Assembly: GCA_965250285.1 (NCBI GenBank)
Contig: OZ252299.1
Coordinates: forward strand, 2,592,001-2,656,000
DNA length: 64,000 nucleotides
DNA from: Myxococcota bacterium
GTDB taxonomy: Bacteria > Myxococcota_A > UBA9160 > UBA4427
Reading direction: 5' to 3'
Of the stretch, positions 1 to 10,529 are shown in pieces. The notes below the pieces were generated by a model. That model ran no database searches and was not told where the DNA came from. It worked only from the letters and a program-made list of their open reading frames with translations. Numbering within the stretch: the stretch's first letter is position 1; each line of letters opens with the position of its first letter. The position numbers and the translations under genes were made by a program.

Positions 1-1
1 C

Positions 2-1141
2 GATGGCTTCAGCGTTTCGAAACAGCACACCCGAGCGTGCGCCTCGGCCAGTCGCAACCATAATGGACATCGGGGTTGCAAGTCCAAGAGCACACGGGCA
101 CGCAATGATGAGAACGGCGACCGCGGCGAGAAGTGCGTGCGCAAGCCTCGGGTCGGGTCCGAGAGTTGCCCAGAGGCCAAAGGCGACGAGGGCTACGAGG
201 ACGACCGCGGGAACGAAGTAGGCTGCAAATACGTCGGCAAGCCTCTGGATGGGTGCGCGGCTTCGCTGTGCCTGGCTGACCATCTCGACGATCTGTGCGA
301 GCAGAGTCTCTTCGCCCACGCGTTGGGCCTCGATCACCAGGGTTCCATTCTGGTTGATGGTCGCGCCGATGACGGAATCGCCCGCGACCTTCTGGACCGG
401 AATCGGCTCTCCAGTCACCATGGCTTGGTCAACGGTGCTTTCGCCGGATACGACGAAGGCATCAACGGGCATCTTCTCGCCGGGACGCACGCGTAGCTGG
501 TCGCCAACGAGCACGTCGTCGAGCGGCACTTCTTCCTCAGCTCCGTCCGCAAGGATCCTCCGAGCGGTCTTGGGCGCGAGTTCGAGCAGGCCTCGAATCG
601 CGGCGCTCGTTCGGCTCCTTGCCCGAAGCTCGAGCACCTGGCCGAGCAGCACGAGCGTGACGATTACCGCGGCCGCCTCGAAGTAGACAGCGACGTCGCC
701 GGAGGGGAGCCGAAACGAAGGGGGAAAGGCGTTTGGAACGGCTGTAGCGGCGACGCTATAGCCCCAGGCGGCGAGCACGCCCAGCGAGATGAGCGTGAAC
801 ATGTTCAGGTTCCCCGTGCGCAGGGAGTGTGCGCCCCGTTGCAGGAAGGGCAGCCCTCCCCACAGGACAACAGGCGTTGAGAGGGCAAGCTGCAGGAGGT
901 TGAAGGCCTTCGTCGAGACCGCCTGCGGTAGCGAGACGCCGGGGAGCATCTCGCCCATGGAGAGCAAGAACACCGGTGCGGTGAGAAGTGCAGAGACGTA
1001 GAAGCGCCTCGTCATCGACGAGAGCTCAGGGTTCTCTTCGACTTCGATGGGCTCAACCGGCTCCAGCGCCATGCCGCAGAGGGGGCAATCGCCGGGTCCT
1101 TCACGGATAATCTCGGGGTGCATCGGGCAGGTGTAGGTCAT
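2..1141 (-). CDS. copA: Cu(I)-translocating P1B-type ATPase, 5' part (runs off window)
   Basis: Absent from ORF track (no stop in window). Manual translation gives [28 protein letters not shown] at the start and [24 protein letters not shown] near the edge; ATG overlaps the cusA stop (TAATG). Confidence 0.93.
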   Translation of the reverse strand, partial: MTYTCPMHPEIIREGPGDCPLCGMALEPVEPIEVEENPELSSMTRRFYVSALLTAPVFLLSMGEMLPGVSLPQAVSTKAFNLLQLALSTPVVLWGGLPFLQRGAHSLRTGNLNMFTLISLGVLAAWGYSVAATAVPNAFPPSFRLPSGDVAVYFEAAAVIVTLVLLGQVLELRARSRTSAAIRGLLELAPKTARRILADGAEEEVPLDDVLVGDQLRVRPGEKMPVDAFVVSGESTVDQAMVTGEPIPVQKVAGDSVIGATINQNGTLVIEAQRVGEETLLAQIVEMVSQAQRSRAPIQRLADVFAAYFVPAVVLVALVAFGLWATLGPDPRLAHALLAAVAVLIIACPCALGLATPMSIMVATGRGARSGVLFRNAEAI

Positions 1142-4100
1142 TACCCCAGACCTCCTTTCTGGTCGGACTCACTTGAGCGCGCTCGCGGGAGGCCACGAGA
1201 GTGGAGCAAGGAGAACAAGAGCGGCATCACGATGAGCGTGACGAGGGTTGCGGTGATGACGCCCCCGACCATGGGCGCAGCGATTCTTCGCATGGTCTCG
1301 GAACCGGTTCCCGCCCCCCACATGATCGGCAGTAGGCCGATGGCGTCAGAAGCAACAGTCATCAACAGTGGCCGAGCACGGTATGTGGCGCCCTCCACGA
1401 TGGCTGACCAGAGGTCCTCGACGGACTGAAGTGACCCGCTCTCTTTCGCTCGCTCGAGCGATTGATTCAGAAACAGCAGCATGATGACGCCCGTCTCCGC
1501 CGTGAGGCCGGCAAGAGCCAAGAATCCGGCGCCAACAGCGACGCTGAAGTCATAGTCGAGTACCCAGAGAAGGAAGAGCCCTCCGACGAGCGCAAAGGGG
1601 AGGCAGACGATCACCAGGAGCGTGTCGGCGAGTCGTCTGAAGTTGAGGTAGAGAAGCAGGAAAATGATGCCCAGTGTCACGGGCACGATGAGCATCAGGC
1701 GCCTTTGTGCACGCTCGAGATATTCGTACTGGCCGCTCCATTGCAGGGAGTAGCCGGGTGGAAGATTCAGTCGCTCGTCGAGCGCGTTCTTGGCGGTGGC
1801 GACGTAGGTTCCTACGTCGATGCCGTCGAGGTCGACGTAGACCCAAGCGTTGGGCCGAGCGTTCTCGGTCTTGATGGCAGGGGGGCCCTTGACGAACTTG
1901 AGCGTGGCCAATTGCTCCAGGGGCACTTGCGCACCGCCAGGAGTGGGAACCAGAACCCTTCGGAGTGAGGTAGGGTCGTCTCTGAGCTCTCTGCTGTATC
2001 GCAGATTGACCGGGTAGCGTTCGAGGCCCTCCACGGTTTGAGTAATGTTCATCCCGCCAACAGCGGTCTGAATCACGTCTTGCACGTCGCCCACGGTGAG
2101 GCCGTAGCGAGCAATCTGAGCGCGGTCGATGTCGAAGTCGAGGTAGTTGCCTCCAACGACTCGCTCGGCGTAGACGCTCAGCGTGCCGGGAACGTCTCGC
2201 AGCGCCGCTTCGATTCGCTCGCCAATTTGCTGGAGTTCGGCGAGCTCTGGCCCCGATACCTTGATGCCGACCGGTGTTTTGATTCCTGTCGAGAGCATGT
2301 CGATACGGGTCTTGATTGGCATGGTCCAGGCGTTCGTGAGCCCAGGGAAGCGAATGAGGGAGTCGAGCTCCTCGATGAGCTTCTGCGGGGTCAAGCCGGG
2401 GCGCCACTCTTCTCGCGGCTTGAGTGTGATGGTGGTCTCGAGCATCGAAAGCGGAGCTGGGTCGGTGGCCGTCTCGGCACGGCCAATCTTGCCGAATACG
2501 CGCTCCACCTCTGGCACAGAAGCGATGAGGCGGTCCGTCTGCTGCAGCACCTCTCTCGCCTTGGTGATGGATACCCCGGGCAGGGTGGTGGGCATGTAGA
2601 GCAGGTCGCCCTCGTTGAGCGGTGGCATGAACTCTGAACCGATACGCGCCAGCGGGTAGAGGCTCGAGAGGAGAAGTAGGACAGCTAGCGCCAGAACCGA
2701 AACACGGTGGCGCAGAGCGGCACGCAGTGCCGGACGATAGACCCAGAGCACGAAACGATTGAGCGGGTTTCTGTCCTCCGCCAGGATTCGCCCGCGGACG
2801 AGCCAAATCATCAGCGCCGGGACAACGGTAATCGACAGTAGTGCCGCACCGGCCATTGCGTACGTCTTCGTGAAGGCCAGTGGCTTGAAGAGCCGTCCTT
2901 CCTGGGCCTCGAGGGCGAATATCGGAAGAAACGAAACGGTGATGATGAGAAGGGAGAAGAAGAGCGACGGTCCGACTTCGACGGCAGCATCTATCAGAAT
3001 CTCATGTCGAGGCTTCGTTCCGCGGTCCCGCTCCAAGTGTTTGTGAGCGTTCTCGACCATCACAATGCCGGCGTCAATCATCGTCCCGATTGCAATGGCG
3101 ATGCCGCCGAGGGACATGATGTTGGCATTGATCCCCTGGTGGAACATGACGATGAAGGAGAAGAGGATTCCAAGGGGTAAGAGGAGAATTGCGACGAGCG
3201 CGCTTCTCAGATGGACGAGAAAGAGGAAGCAAATGAGGGCGACTATGAGCCCCTGTTCGAGGAGCTTCTCACGCAGATTCTGGACAGCGCGTTCGATGAG
3301 GGGGCCGCGGTCGTAGACCGGCACGACCTCGACGCCAGCGGGCAGGTTCTCGGCGAGCTCTGCAAGCTTCGCCTTGACGTTGCGGATGGTCTCGAGGGCG
3401 TTCTCACCGAAACGCATCACAACGATGCCCGCAGCGGCTTCGCCCTCGCCATCGAGGTCTGTAAGGCCACGTCGAAGCTCCGGCCCCAAGGCGACGGTGG
3501 CGACATTCCTGAGCAATATCGGCGTGCCTTTCGCATCCGCACCGACAGCAATCTGCTCTAGGTCTTCGGTGGAGGTCACGTAGCCGCGCCCTCGGACCAT
3601 GAACTCGGTTTCTGCTTGCTCGACCAGGCGGCCGCCGATGTCTGCGTTGCTGCGCTTGATGGCATGGCGGATGTGCGAAATGGAGATGCCAAACGCAGCA
3701 AGCTTGTTGGGGTCGACCTCCACCTGGTATTGACGAACGTGGCCCCCGATGCTCGCGACCTCAGCGACCCCGGGGACAGTCTGGAGCTCGTATCGGAGAT
3801 ACCAGTCCTGCAGCGAGCGGAGCTCAGCCAGGTCATGAGCACCACTCCGGTCGACGAGAGCGTATTCGTAGACCCAGCCGACACCAGTAGCGTCGGGGCC
3901 GAGGGTGGGTGTGACACCAGGCGGCAAACGGCCAGATACGAAGTTCAGCGATTCGAGCACGCGGCTGCGTGCCCAATAGAGGTCTGTTCCGTCCTCGAAG
4001 ATGATGTAGACGAACGAGAACCCGAAGAAGGAGTAGCCACGCACAACCTTCGCGTAGGGCACAGCGAGCATGGCCGTTGAGAGTGGGTAGGTGACCTGAT

Positions 4101-4287
4101 CTTCGACCACTTGCGGCGCCTGGCCGGGGTACTCCGTGAAAACGATTACTTGGACATCAGAAAGGTCGGGGATGGCGTCCAAGGGCGTGTTCAAGGTGGC
4201 GTAGGCCCCCCAGACCACGAGCGCGGCCACTCCAAGCGCCACGATGAACGGATTGCGTGCGGAGCCTTCGACGATACGGCGCAACAT
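1141..4287 (-). CDS. cusA: CusA/SilA heavy-metal efflux RND permease
   Basis: 1048 aa; [44 protein letters not shown] and [10 protein letters not shown] motifs. Confidence 0.95.
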   Translation of the reverse strand: MLRRIVEGSARNPFIVALGVAALVVWGAYATLNTPLDAIPDLSDVQVIVFTEYPGQAPQVVEDQVTYPLSTAMLAVPYAKVVRGYSFFGFSFVYIIFEDGTDLYWARSRVLESLNFVSGRLPPGVTPTLGPDATGVGWVYEYALVDRSGAHDLAELRSLQDWYLRYELQTVPGVAEVASIGGHVRQYQVEVDPNKLAAFGISISHIRHAIKRSNADIGGRLVEQAETEFMVRGRGYVTSTEDLEQIAVGADAKGTPILLRNVATVALGPELRRGLTDLDGEGEAAAGIVVMRFGENALETIRNVKAKLAELAENLPAGVEVVPVYDRGPLIERAVQNLREKLLEQGLIVALICFLFLVHLRSALVAILLLPLGILFSFIVMFHQGINANIMSLGGIAIAIGTMIDAGIVMVENAHKHLERDRGTKPRHEILIDAAVEVGPSLFFSLLIITVSFLPIFALEAQEGRLFKPLAFTKTYAMAGAALLSITVVPALMIWLVRGRILAEDRNPLNRFVLWVYRPALRAALRHRVSVLALAVLLLLSSLYPLARIGSEFMPPLNEGDLLYMPTTLPGVSITKAREVLQQTDRLIASVPEVERVFGKIGRAETATDPAPLSMLETTITLKPREEWRPGLTPQKLIEELDSLIRFPGLTNAWTMPIKTRIDMLSTGIKTPVGIKVSGPELAELQQIGERIEAALRDVPGTLSVYAERVVGGNYLDFDIDRAQIARYGLTVGDVQDVIQTAVGGMNITQTVEGLERYPVNLRYSRELRDDPTSLRRVLVPTPGGAQVPLEQLATLKFVKGPPAIKTENARPNAWVYVDLDGIDVGTYVATAKNALDERLNLPPGYSLQWSGQYEYLERAQRRLMLIVPVTLGIIFLLLYLNFRRLADTLLVIVCLPFALVGGLFLLWVLDYDFSVAVGAGFLALAGLTAETGVIMLLFLNQSLERAKESGSLQSVEDLWSAIVEGATYRARPLLMTVASDAIGLLPIMWGAGTGSETMRRIAAPMVGGVITATLVTLIVMPLLFSLLHSRGLPRARSSESDQKGGLG

Positions 4288-4289
4288 GT

Positions 4290-5918
4290 CTACTCCTCCT
4301 CTTCTGTGGCGCGGTGATGCTCTTGGGAAGAAGAAGGAGTTGGCATCTGGTGCTGCTCGTGGGCTGAGTGGTCCATCTCCTCATGCGCCGAGTGGTCTCC
4401 TTGTGGCGCGGAATCCATCTGATGCTGCTCGTGGGCAGAATGGTCCGCATGGGGCATTCCTTCGTGACCCGCGTGCTCGTTTGCAGAAGAGGGGTCCAAC
4501 CGGTGACCTTCGTGCTCACCTTCTGCGGCGTGGTCCATTTCTTCGTGGGCGGAGTGGTCGTCTGGGTCCGCAGGCTGATGCTGATGCGACGAATGGTCCT
4601 CCTCGGTTTCTTCCATGCGATGGCCAGCGTGCGCATCCTCAGCGCCCGAAGCGGCCAGCAGCTTTTGTACCGCCTCCTGAAGCTTGCTCTCACTGTCGAT
4701 GAGAAACTGGCTCGATACGACGACGCTTTCTCCCTCGGTCAGTCCGGAGCGGACCTCGAACCAGCCATCCCCGGTGGCAAGACCAAGCTCAATGTCACGC
4801 GGTTCAAAGCGCCCCTCTCCCAGTGCCACGATGGCAAGACTGCGTGTGCCGGAACGAATGACGGCGTCCGTTGGTACGGCGACAACATCTGGCAACGAAG
4901 CCGCCTCGATGACGGCATTGCCGAACATTTCCGGCTTCAGTTTCCCGGCGCTGTTGTCGAGCTCGAGGCGAACCTCGGCGGTTCGCGTAGCGGGGTCGAG
5001 GAAGGGAGCGATGTAGGTGAGCTCTCCGACCATCTCCTCGCCCGGCAGGTAGTTGAGCTCCACCCTGGCGCGTTGGCCGAGCTCGAGCCAGGGAAGTTCG
5101 TATTCGTAAACGTCGGCCAGCACCCAAACATGGGAGAGGTCCGCGATGGTGTAGAGGTTTGCGTTCGGCTGAACCTCCATTCCTGCTCGCACTCCAAGGC
5201 GGGTGATGTAGCCGGAAGCCGGTGCATAGAGCGTGAGAGTGCGTTTGACCTCGCCCGTGGTCAGCAGACGAGTGATGTCGCGCTCTGGGATGTCCCAGAG
5301 CGCAAGCCGGCGCTTGGTGGCTTCGAACAGTGACTGACCCCCGCCACGCACGTCGCCGAATTCACTGTTCTCGGTGGCGCTGCGGTAGCGAGCTGCGAGG
5401 AGTAGTTCTTCCTGTGTGGCGACGAGTTCCGGGGAGTAGATCTCGAGCAGTGGTTGGCCTTTCGTGACCTTCTGCCCGACGAAATCGACGAACAGCTTCT
5501 CTACCCAGCCTTGAACCTTGGTGTGAACGTGCGACACGCGCCGTTCGTCGTAAGCCACCCGACCGACGGCCCGCACCGCCCTTGCCAGGTCGCGGCGCTC
5601 CACTTCGGCGGTGCGAACGCCGATGTTCTGCATCGTGGCCGAGTCGATGATGACGCTGCCCTCGGGCGCGCGACCTGCTGCTCCGGGGCACTCGGGCACA
5701 AGGTCCATGCCCATGGGCGACTTGCCGGGTGCGTCCCGGATGTAGGTGGGGTCCATTGGGGCCTTCCAATAGAGGGGCTGGGCGCCAGCCGGGCAGGGGC
5801 CAGCGAGGGAGGGCGCCGGAGAGGTGCCCTCCGGAGGCGAGAGAAGACCGCGGCCGAACCAGCCAGCGGCTAGCGCAGTGACCACGATGGTGAACGTAAG
5901 GAGTTGTCGAGTCTTCAT
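4290..5918 (-). CDS. cusB: CusB-like RND periplasmic adaptor with N-terminal metal-binding domain and His/Met-rich tail
   Basis: YWKAPMDPTY..PGKSPMGMDLVP domain, MFP core (KGQPLLEIYSPEL, LKPEMF), directly upstream of cusA. Confidence 0.9.
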   Translation of the reverse strand: MKTRQLLTFTIVVTALAAGWFGRGLLSPPEGTSPAPSLAGPCPAGAQPLYWKAPMDPTYIRDAPGKSPMGMDLVPECPGAAGRAPEGSVIIDSATMQNIGVRTAEVERRDLARAVRAVGRVAYDERRVSHVHTKVQGWVEKLFVDFVGQKVTKGQPLLEIYSPELVATQEELLLAARYRSATENSEFGDVRGGGQSLFEATKRRLALWDIPERDITRLLTTGEVKRTLTLYAPASGYITRLGVRAGMEVQPNANLYTIADLSHVWVLADVYEYELPWLELGQRARVELNYLPGEEMVGELTYIAPFLDPATRTAEVRLELDNSAGKLKPEMFGNAVIEAASLPDVVAVPTDAVIRSGTRSLAIVALGEGRFEPRDIELGLATGDGWFEVRSGLTEGESVVVSSQFLIDSESKLQEAVQKLLAASGAEDAHAGHRMEETEEDHSSHQHQPADPDDHSAHEEMDHAAEGEHEGHRLDPSSANEHAGHEGMPHADHSAHEQHQMDSAPQGDHSAHEEMDHSAHEQHQMPTPSSSQEHHRATEEEE

Positions 5919-7204
5919 CGCAGTTTCTCTCCTATCGCTGCCTCGAGTGAGGCGTAGGCGACGCGCTTGTCCGCTCTGGCACGCGCGAGCCTGAGCTCCG
6001 CCTTCAGGAGCCGAACCTGGCTGTCGAGCAGGCTCAGAAAGTCGATTCTGCCCACCTCGTAGGCAGATCGGCTCGAGTCGAGGGACTGGCGGGCTTGAGG
6101 AACGAGTCCGTCCTCGAGGAGCTCTGTTTCTGAGGTTGCCCGAAGGACCTCAGCGTGTGCTTGGCGGCTGAGGGAGACGAGGGCCGCCCGCGTAGCGGCA
6201 TAGTCGGCCTGGGCGCGACGCAGGAGCGAGCGCTGCTCGGCAGCCTTTGCCCGCCACTTTCCGCGGTAGACAGGGAGCCGAATGGTGACGCCGGCCGAGA
6301 AGAAGTCATCACCGCCGACAGGGTCGCCTGGGACGTCGTTCCGAATTCGATAGCCGACGCCGACGTCGACATCGGGGAGACCTTCGCGCTCGATTGCCGT
6401 GATGCGCGCCTTGGCGGCGCGAATCTGCTCGCGAGCGGCCTTGAGCCTCGGGCTTCGTTGTTCCAGAGCCTCGAGGATTGGCTCGAGGGTGGGCGTGGGC
6501 GCGTCTAGGCGAAGCGCTGCGATGCGTGGCAGACGGGTGTGGAGCCGTAGGTCGAGCAGCTCGGCGAGCGTCGCCTGGGCGGTCTCGATTGCTTCTTCTC
6601 GCTGCAGTCGTTCCTGCAGGAGCGCCGTAAGCTCCACTTGGGCGCGGAGAACGTCCTGCTGGAGACCGTTGCCGACCTGGTATCGAGACTCAGCAGTAGC
6701 AGCGAGCTGCCGCAAGAGGTCGATGTTGCGCTCGGTAATGGCAAGCGCTTGTTGCCTGAAGCCAAGCTCGGACCAGGCCGCCTCTACGGCACCGTCCGTG
6801 ACGAACTCGTGGTCATCGACGAAGAGGCCGGAGGCCTCGGCCTCGTGTTCCGCAGCCGCCCTTCGGTTGGAGAGCATGCCCGGGAAGGGGAGCTTCTGGC
6901 GCAGGAAGAGTTGGTGTCCAGACATCGGAGTCGAGCTGAAGTTGAAATCTCCAAGTGGAAGATTGCTCGCCTCGTAGGTGAATCTGGGGTCCTGGAGCGC
7001 GCCGGCTGGGGTTACCCGGTGAGAAGCGGCTTGGGCCGCTGCTCGAGCCCGCTCGAGCGATGGGTTGGCACTGCGAGCGCGCTCGATACACCATTCGAGC
7101 TTGAGCGGGCTCGGCGGAAGCACAGTTTCAACTGCGGCTGGTTCGGCGGAAGCAGCGATTGGAACGAGCAGTGTTAGAGCGCCAAGGGCGAGTCTGTAGT
7201 TCAT
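5915..7204 (-). CDS. TolC-family outer-membrane factor (CusC-like)
   Basis: Signal peptide from MNYRLALG (ATG 7204); helical OEP-like repeats (YQVGNGLQQDVLRAQ, YEVGRIDFLSLL); overlaps cusB start. Confidence 0.85.
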   Translation of the reverse strand: MNYRLALGALTLLVPIAASAEPAAVETVLPPSPLKLEWCIERARSANPSLERARAAAQAASHRVTPAGALQDPRFTYEASNLPLGDFNFSSTPMSGHQLFLRQKLPFPGMLSNRRAAAEHEAEASGLFVDDHEFVTDGAVEAAWSELGFRQQALAITERNIDLLRQLAATAESRYQVGNGLQQDVLRAQVELTALLQERLQREEAIETAQATLAELLDLRLHTRLPRIAALRLDAPTPTLEPILEALEQRSPRLKAAREQIRAAKARITAIEREGLPDVDVGVGYRIRNDVPGDPVGGDDFFSAGVTIRLPVYRGKWRAKAAEQRSLLRRAQADYAATRAALVSLSRQAHAEVLRATSETELLEDGLVPQARQSLDSSRSAYEVGRIDFLSLLDSQVRLLKAELRLARARADKRVAYASLEAAIGEKLR

Positions 7205-7212
7205 GTCAGCTC

Positions 7213-7800
7213 CTACCAGGCGAAGTGATCTAGTCCGTAGATGAGGCTCCCACCTAGAAAGCCGCTGGCGCCGACGAGCACCGCGGCAACCAACAGGGCC
7301 AGTCTGAACGGCACCGCACTCGGCAGGCGGGAGCAGTAGAGAAGGACTACGGCCCAAGCGGCGGTGGTCGTTCCAACGACGCGATGGGCGCTCAGCGTCC
7401 AGTCGTTGTCTGCCGGCGAAGTCGCAGCAAAAAGCCACCCTGTAGCGGCGGCAGCTACTGCGCCGAGTGCACCGCCCCAGACGCAGAAGTGCGCCGCGTC
7501 GCGAAAGTGCCTGCGCTTCGTGAGAGCAAAGAGCCCCTCAGCGACAAACGCCGCTAGCAGAAGCGCGACGGGAAAGTGCGTCAGCGGCGGATGGAGCCGT
7601 CCAGCCCATGCGACCGGTTTCGGTAGGACGTTGGCGACCGCGGGAGGCCCGCTCTGCTCGACCTTGAGCTCTGGGGCCACATCGCTAGGCGCACTCTGCT
7701 GGTGCCGATGACCTTCATGCGCCAATGAAGGCAGTGGCCATGACGCCAGAATTGCGGCTGCGGCGAGTGCTCCGGCAGCCCGTGGTAGCGGTAGTCTCAT
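7213..7800 (-). CDS. DUF2231-like membrane protein with N-terminal His patch
   Basis: HPPLTHFPVALL motif, about 4 TM segments, GG(S)LIYG end; HEGHRH after signal peptide; start re-picked at ATG 7800. Confidence 0.7.
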   Translation of the reverse strand: MRLPLPRAAGALAAAAILASWPLPSLAHEGHRHQQSAPSDVAPELKVEQSGPPAVANVLPKPVAWAGRLHPPLTHFPVALLLAAFVAEGLFALTKRRHFRDAAHFCVWGGALGAVAAAATGWLFAATSPADNDWTLSAHRVVGTTTAAWAVVLLYCSRLPSAVPFRLALLVAAVLVGASGFLGGSLIYGLDHFAW

Positions 7801-7901
7801 TCGATTGGTTCCCGAATTCTCGTTGTTGCTTCGCGCAAAAGCACGACGCGACTGTCCGCGCACCCACGAGCGGTGCGGGACGACCTAGAGAAGTCGAGGA
7901 A

Positions 7902-8282
7902 TCAAATGAGAAGCGTTGAGTTTAGAAGCAGGATGTCCGGCGGTGGGAGGTCAGCCTCGTTTAAACGGACGCTAGGAGGCTTCGGGACGCTCGAGTCGCG
8001 GGGGTTTTCAGCGGGCGCAACTGGCAGCGCCACAAGGTCAACGCCTGTCGAGGTCCCGCTCTCGAGGGTCTTCGGAAGGGCTGTGTAGCTGTCTTCGCAG
8101 CCACACTCATCGTGTGAGTCTACGGGGTCGGCCGGAGCCGAGTCGTGGCAAGGCGGCTCGTCGTGCGCCATGTCGTGCATGGCGCTCGGACTTGAAGACG
8201 GGAGGCAGGCGAACACGCACAGCGGCGCCTGGAGCGCGAAGAGCGCCGCCACGACTGCTATGAGCTTCTTCCTTCTAATCAT
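7902..8282 (-). CDS. Small exported Cys/His/Met-rich putative metal-binding protein
   Basis: Hydrophobic N-terminus, MHDMAHDEPPCH and HDECGC motifs, PPP-hydrophobic C-terminus; first gene of the copper operon. Confidence 0.6.
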   Translation of the reverse strand: MIRRKKLIAVVAALFALQAPLCVFACLPSSSPSAMHDMAHDEPPCHDSAPADPVDSHDECGCEDSYTALPKTLESGTSTGVDLVALPVAPAENPRDSSVPKPPSVRLNEADLPPPDILLLNSTLLI

Positions 8283-8342
8283 CCCGTTCGGCCCGTTCCG
8301 AGTTCTTCCCACAAGAGGCTATCGGCGGGCTACGCCGACAAG

Positions 8343-8371
8343 TTGATACCCTAGCGGGGTACCTGTATCGT
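8343..8371 (+). promoter_or_regulatory. Sigma70 promoter overlapped by CsoR-type operator
   Basis: TTGATA(8343)-17 nt-TATCGT(8366); inverted repeat TACCC-TAGCG-GGGTA at 8347-8361 resembles C/G-tract CsoR operators. Confidence 0.7.
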
Positions 8372-8421
8372 ACCCTGACGGCAGGAGGGTCCGCAAGGGG
8401 CCCGTTTTACGGAGGCGCAGC

Positions 8422-8706
8422 TTGAAGAAGGAAACCCAGGAGCAGGTACTTACGCGGCTAAAGAAGATTGCGGGACAGGTGGCGGGAATTACCCGCATGG
8501 TCGAGGAAGACCGGTATTGCGTGGACGTTCTCTACCAGATCGCTGCGGTCGAGGGTGCCCTGGACCGAGTTGGGCACCTCGTGCTCGCCTCTCACGTCGA
8601 GACGTGTGTCACGAGCGCGATCGAGAGCGGACGACCGAAGGAGCGCCAAGAGAAGCTAGACGAGCTGATGGAAGTGTTCTCGAAGTTCGGACGGGTTAGG
8701 CCGTGA
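8422..8706 (+). CDS. csoR: CsoR/RcnR family metal-sensing repressor
   Basis: RLKKIAGQVAGITRMVEEDRYCVDVL...HVETC: Cys-His-Cys Cu(I) fingerprint. Confidence 0.9.
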   Translation: MKKETQEQVLTRLKKIAGQVAGITRMVEEDRYCVDVLYQIAAVEGALDRVGHLVLASHVETCVTSAIESGRPKERQEKLDELMEVFSKFGRVRP

Positions 8707-9581
8707 TGGTCGGCTTCGTGCGCTACGGCTTCCTGCCTCTAATGCTCCTGGGGGTGAACGGTCTAGGCGTCTGGCTTGTCGCGGCGGGAGCTCCGGGCAC
8801 GTGGCTTGTGGCGGCGTTGCTTGGAGCAATCGCGCTCTCGTTCGGAGCGGAGAGGGTGCTGCCGTATCGTGAGGAATGGAATCGGTCGCACGACGATTTC
8901 GCGCGAGACACGCTGCATGCACTAGTGAACGAGGCAGCAAACTTCGGAACGCTACTTTTGCTTCCAGTCTTTGCGTCGCTGTTGGCTGTGGGCGGCCTGT
9001 GGCCACATACCTGGCCCTTCGCTCTGCAGGTCGCTCTGGCAGTGGTCGTGGTAGACGTGGGAATCGCACTGGCGCACTACGCGAGCCATCGAATCGAGCT
9101 CCTCTGGCGCTTTCACGCTGTGCACCACAGTGTGAAGCGTATGTACGGCTTCAACGGTCTGATGAAGCACCCGATCCACCAAGCGATCGAAACAGCGGCG
9201 GGAACGACGCCGCTTATCGCGATGGGGCTTCCGCCGGACGTCGCTCTCGCTCTCGTGTTTGCGGTGGCTGTTCAGCTCCTGCTCCAGCACTCGAACGTGG
9301 ACTATCGGGTGGGCCCGCTTCGATACGTGCTAGCCCTCAACGTAGTGCACCGATTCCATCACCAGAAGGACCCAGAGCTCGGCGACGTGAACTTCGGACT
9401 GTTCACGACGGTAGTTGACCATCTGTTGGGCACGTTCCACTACGAAGACAGGGGGCCGCGGTTCACCTCGGAGGAGCTCGGAATCGGCGCACGGCCGAAC
9501 TATCCGAGTAGCTACGTCGCACAGCTCGTTGAACCCTTTCGTCCACAAAGCGAGGAGGCATCGCTGAACTCACTCGCGTGA
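8703..9581 (+). CDS. Sterol desaturase / fatty-acid hydroxylase family protein
   Basis: His boxes HYASH, FHAVHH, QHSN, HRFHH; several TM helices; overlaps csoR stop. Confidence 0.85.
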   Translation: MMVGFVRYGFLPLMLLGVNGLGVWLVAAGAPGTWLVAALLGAIALSFGAERVLPYREEWNRSHDDFARDTLHALVNEAANFGTLLLLPVFASLLAVGGLWPHTWPFALQVALAVVVVDVGIALAHYASHRIELLWRFHAVHHSVKRMYGFNGLMKHPIHQAIETAAGTTPLIAMGLPPDVALALVFAVAVQLLLQHSNVDYRVGPLRYVLALNVVHRFHHQKDPELGDVNFGLFTTVVDHLLGTFHYEDRGPRFTSEELGIGARPNYPSSYVAQLVEPFRPQSEEASLNSLA

Positions 9582-9595
9582 CCAAGGAGGCGTGA

Positions 9596-10216
9596 ATGCA
9601 GGCACTTCTAGCGCTCGTGGAGCGACGCCCGTTCGCGTTCGCACTTGGATTTGCCGCAGTTCCGTATGCGGCTCTACGCGGCTACATCGAATGGGTGATG
9701 CACGCGGATCAAACGGTAGCTGCGGCGCCCGGTGATCTCTTTCTGCTGTTGCTCCTAGCGGTCGGCGCGGGCACACCGGCGATGTTCCTGGTCGTTGTGG
9801 TCCGTCGACTCGTCGCCGAGCGTGCGGTGTTTCGACTGCGTGAACTCCTCGAGGTCTACTTCGCGGCTGTTCTGGTGTTCGCGGTCACCTACGCAGTGCT
9901 GCAGGCGGGAAGCCTCGAGCCGTCATTTGCTGGCATGGTCCCCATCTGGGGGCCACCCACACCAGCCGGCGAGCATGTATCGCGACTTCACGCCGTGTTC
10001 GGCGACGCTCTCTACTTGAGCATCGTTACTATGACGACGGTCGGCTATGGCGACCTGGTCCCGCTGGCTGTGGGAGCGAAGGCGCTAGCGGCCGCGCAAG
10101 GTCTGCTGGGCATCGGGTTCGTGGGCCTGGTCTTGGGTCAGTATTTTTCGTCGTGCATGCACTGCGACGCCGACGGGTCAGATAGCGTCGTTTCGGGAGA
10201 CTCCCGCAGCGTCTGA
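9596..10216 (+). CDS. Potassium channel family protein (pore domain)
   Basis: Selectivity filter TMTTVGYGD flanked by TM helices. Confidence 0.8.
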   Translation: MQALLALVERRPFAFALGFAAVPYAALRGYIEWVMHADQTVAAAPGDLFLLLLLAVGAGTPAMFLVVVVRRLVAERAVFRLRELLEVYFAAVLVFAVTYAVLQAGSLEPSFAGMVPIWGPPTPAGEHVSRLHAVFGDALYLSIVTMTTVGYGDLVPLAVGAKALAAAQGLLGIGFVGLVLGQYFSSCMHCDADGSDSVVSGDSRSV

Positions 10217-10437
10217 GGCGGTGGCTCGATGCGAGGTTCGGTCCGTGACCGCCGTTCATCGCCGTCGACGAGGCCGTGGTCTACGCGTGCGAATCCTGAG
10301 TCTCGCCTGGCGGAGGTCATTGAAGTCGGGCGCACTTTGGTTGCTTGCTCAGCAGAGGAGCGGGCTCCGAGCCTCAGGTTCGAAGCCTGACGCTCGGCGC
10401 GACAGAGAGGTCTTTCGTCCCGCCCTCGCCGGCGGGT

Positions 10438-10529
10438 GTGCCTCAGAGGTGCCTCAAACGAAAAAGCAGCCACGCAAGTGGCTGCTTTCGTTGGGGAATT
10501 GGTGGAGGCGGCGGGAATCGAACCCGCGT
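10438..10529. repeat. Distal att-like copy of tmRNA 3' end plus terminator
   Basis: 92-bp direct repeat of 13370-13461 with 2 mismatches; 10500-10529 equals the last 30 nt of the tmRNA. Confidence 0.93.

Noticed and set aside
3..1001. Plus-strand ORFs at the window start
   Set aside because: Antisense shadows of copA.
10500..10529. tRNA-like T-arm and CCA end
   Set aside because: Only a 30-nt copy of the tmRNA 3' end; no D-arm or anticodon arm.
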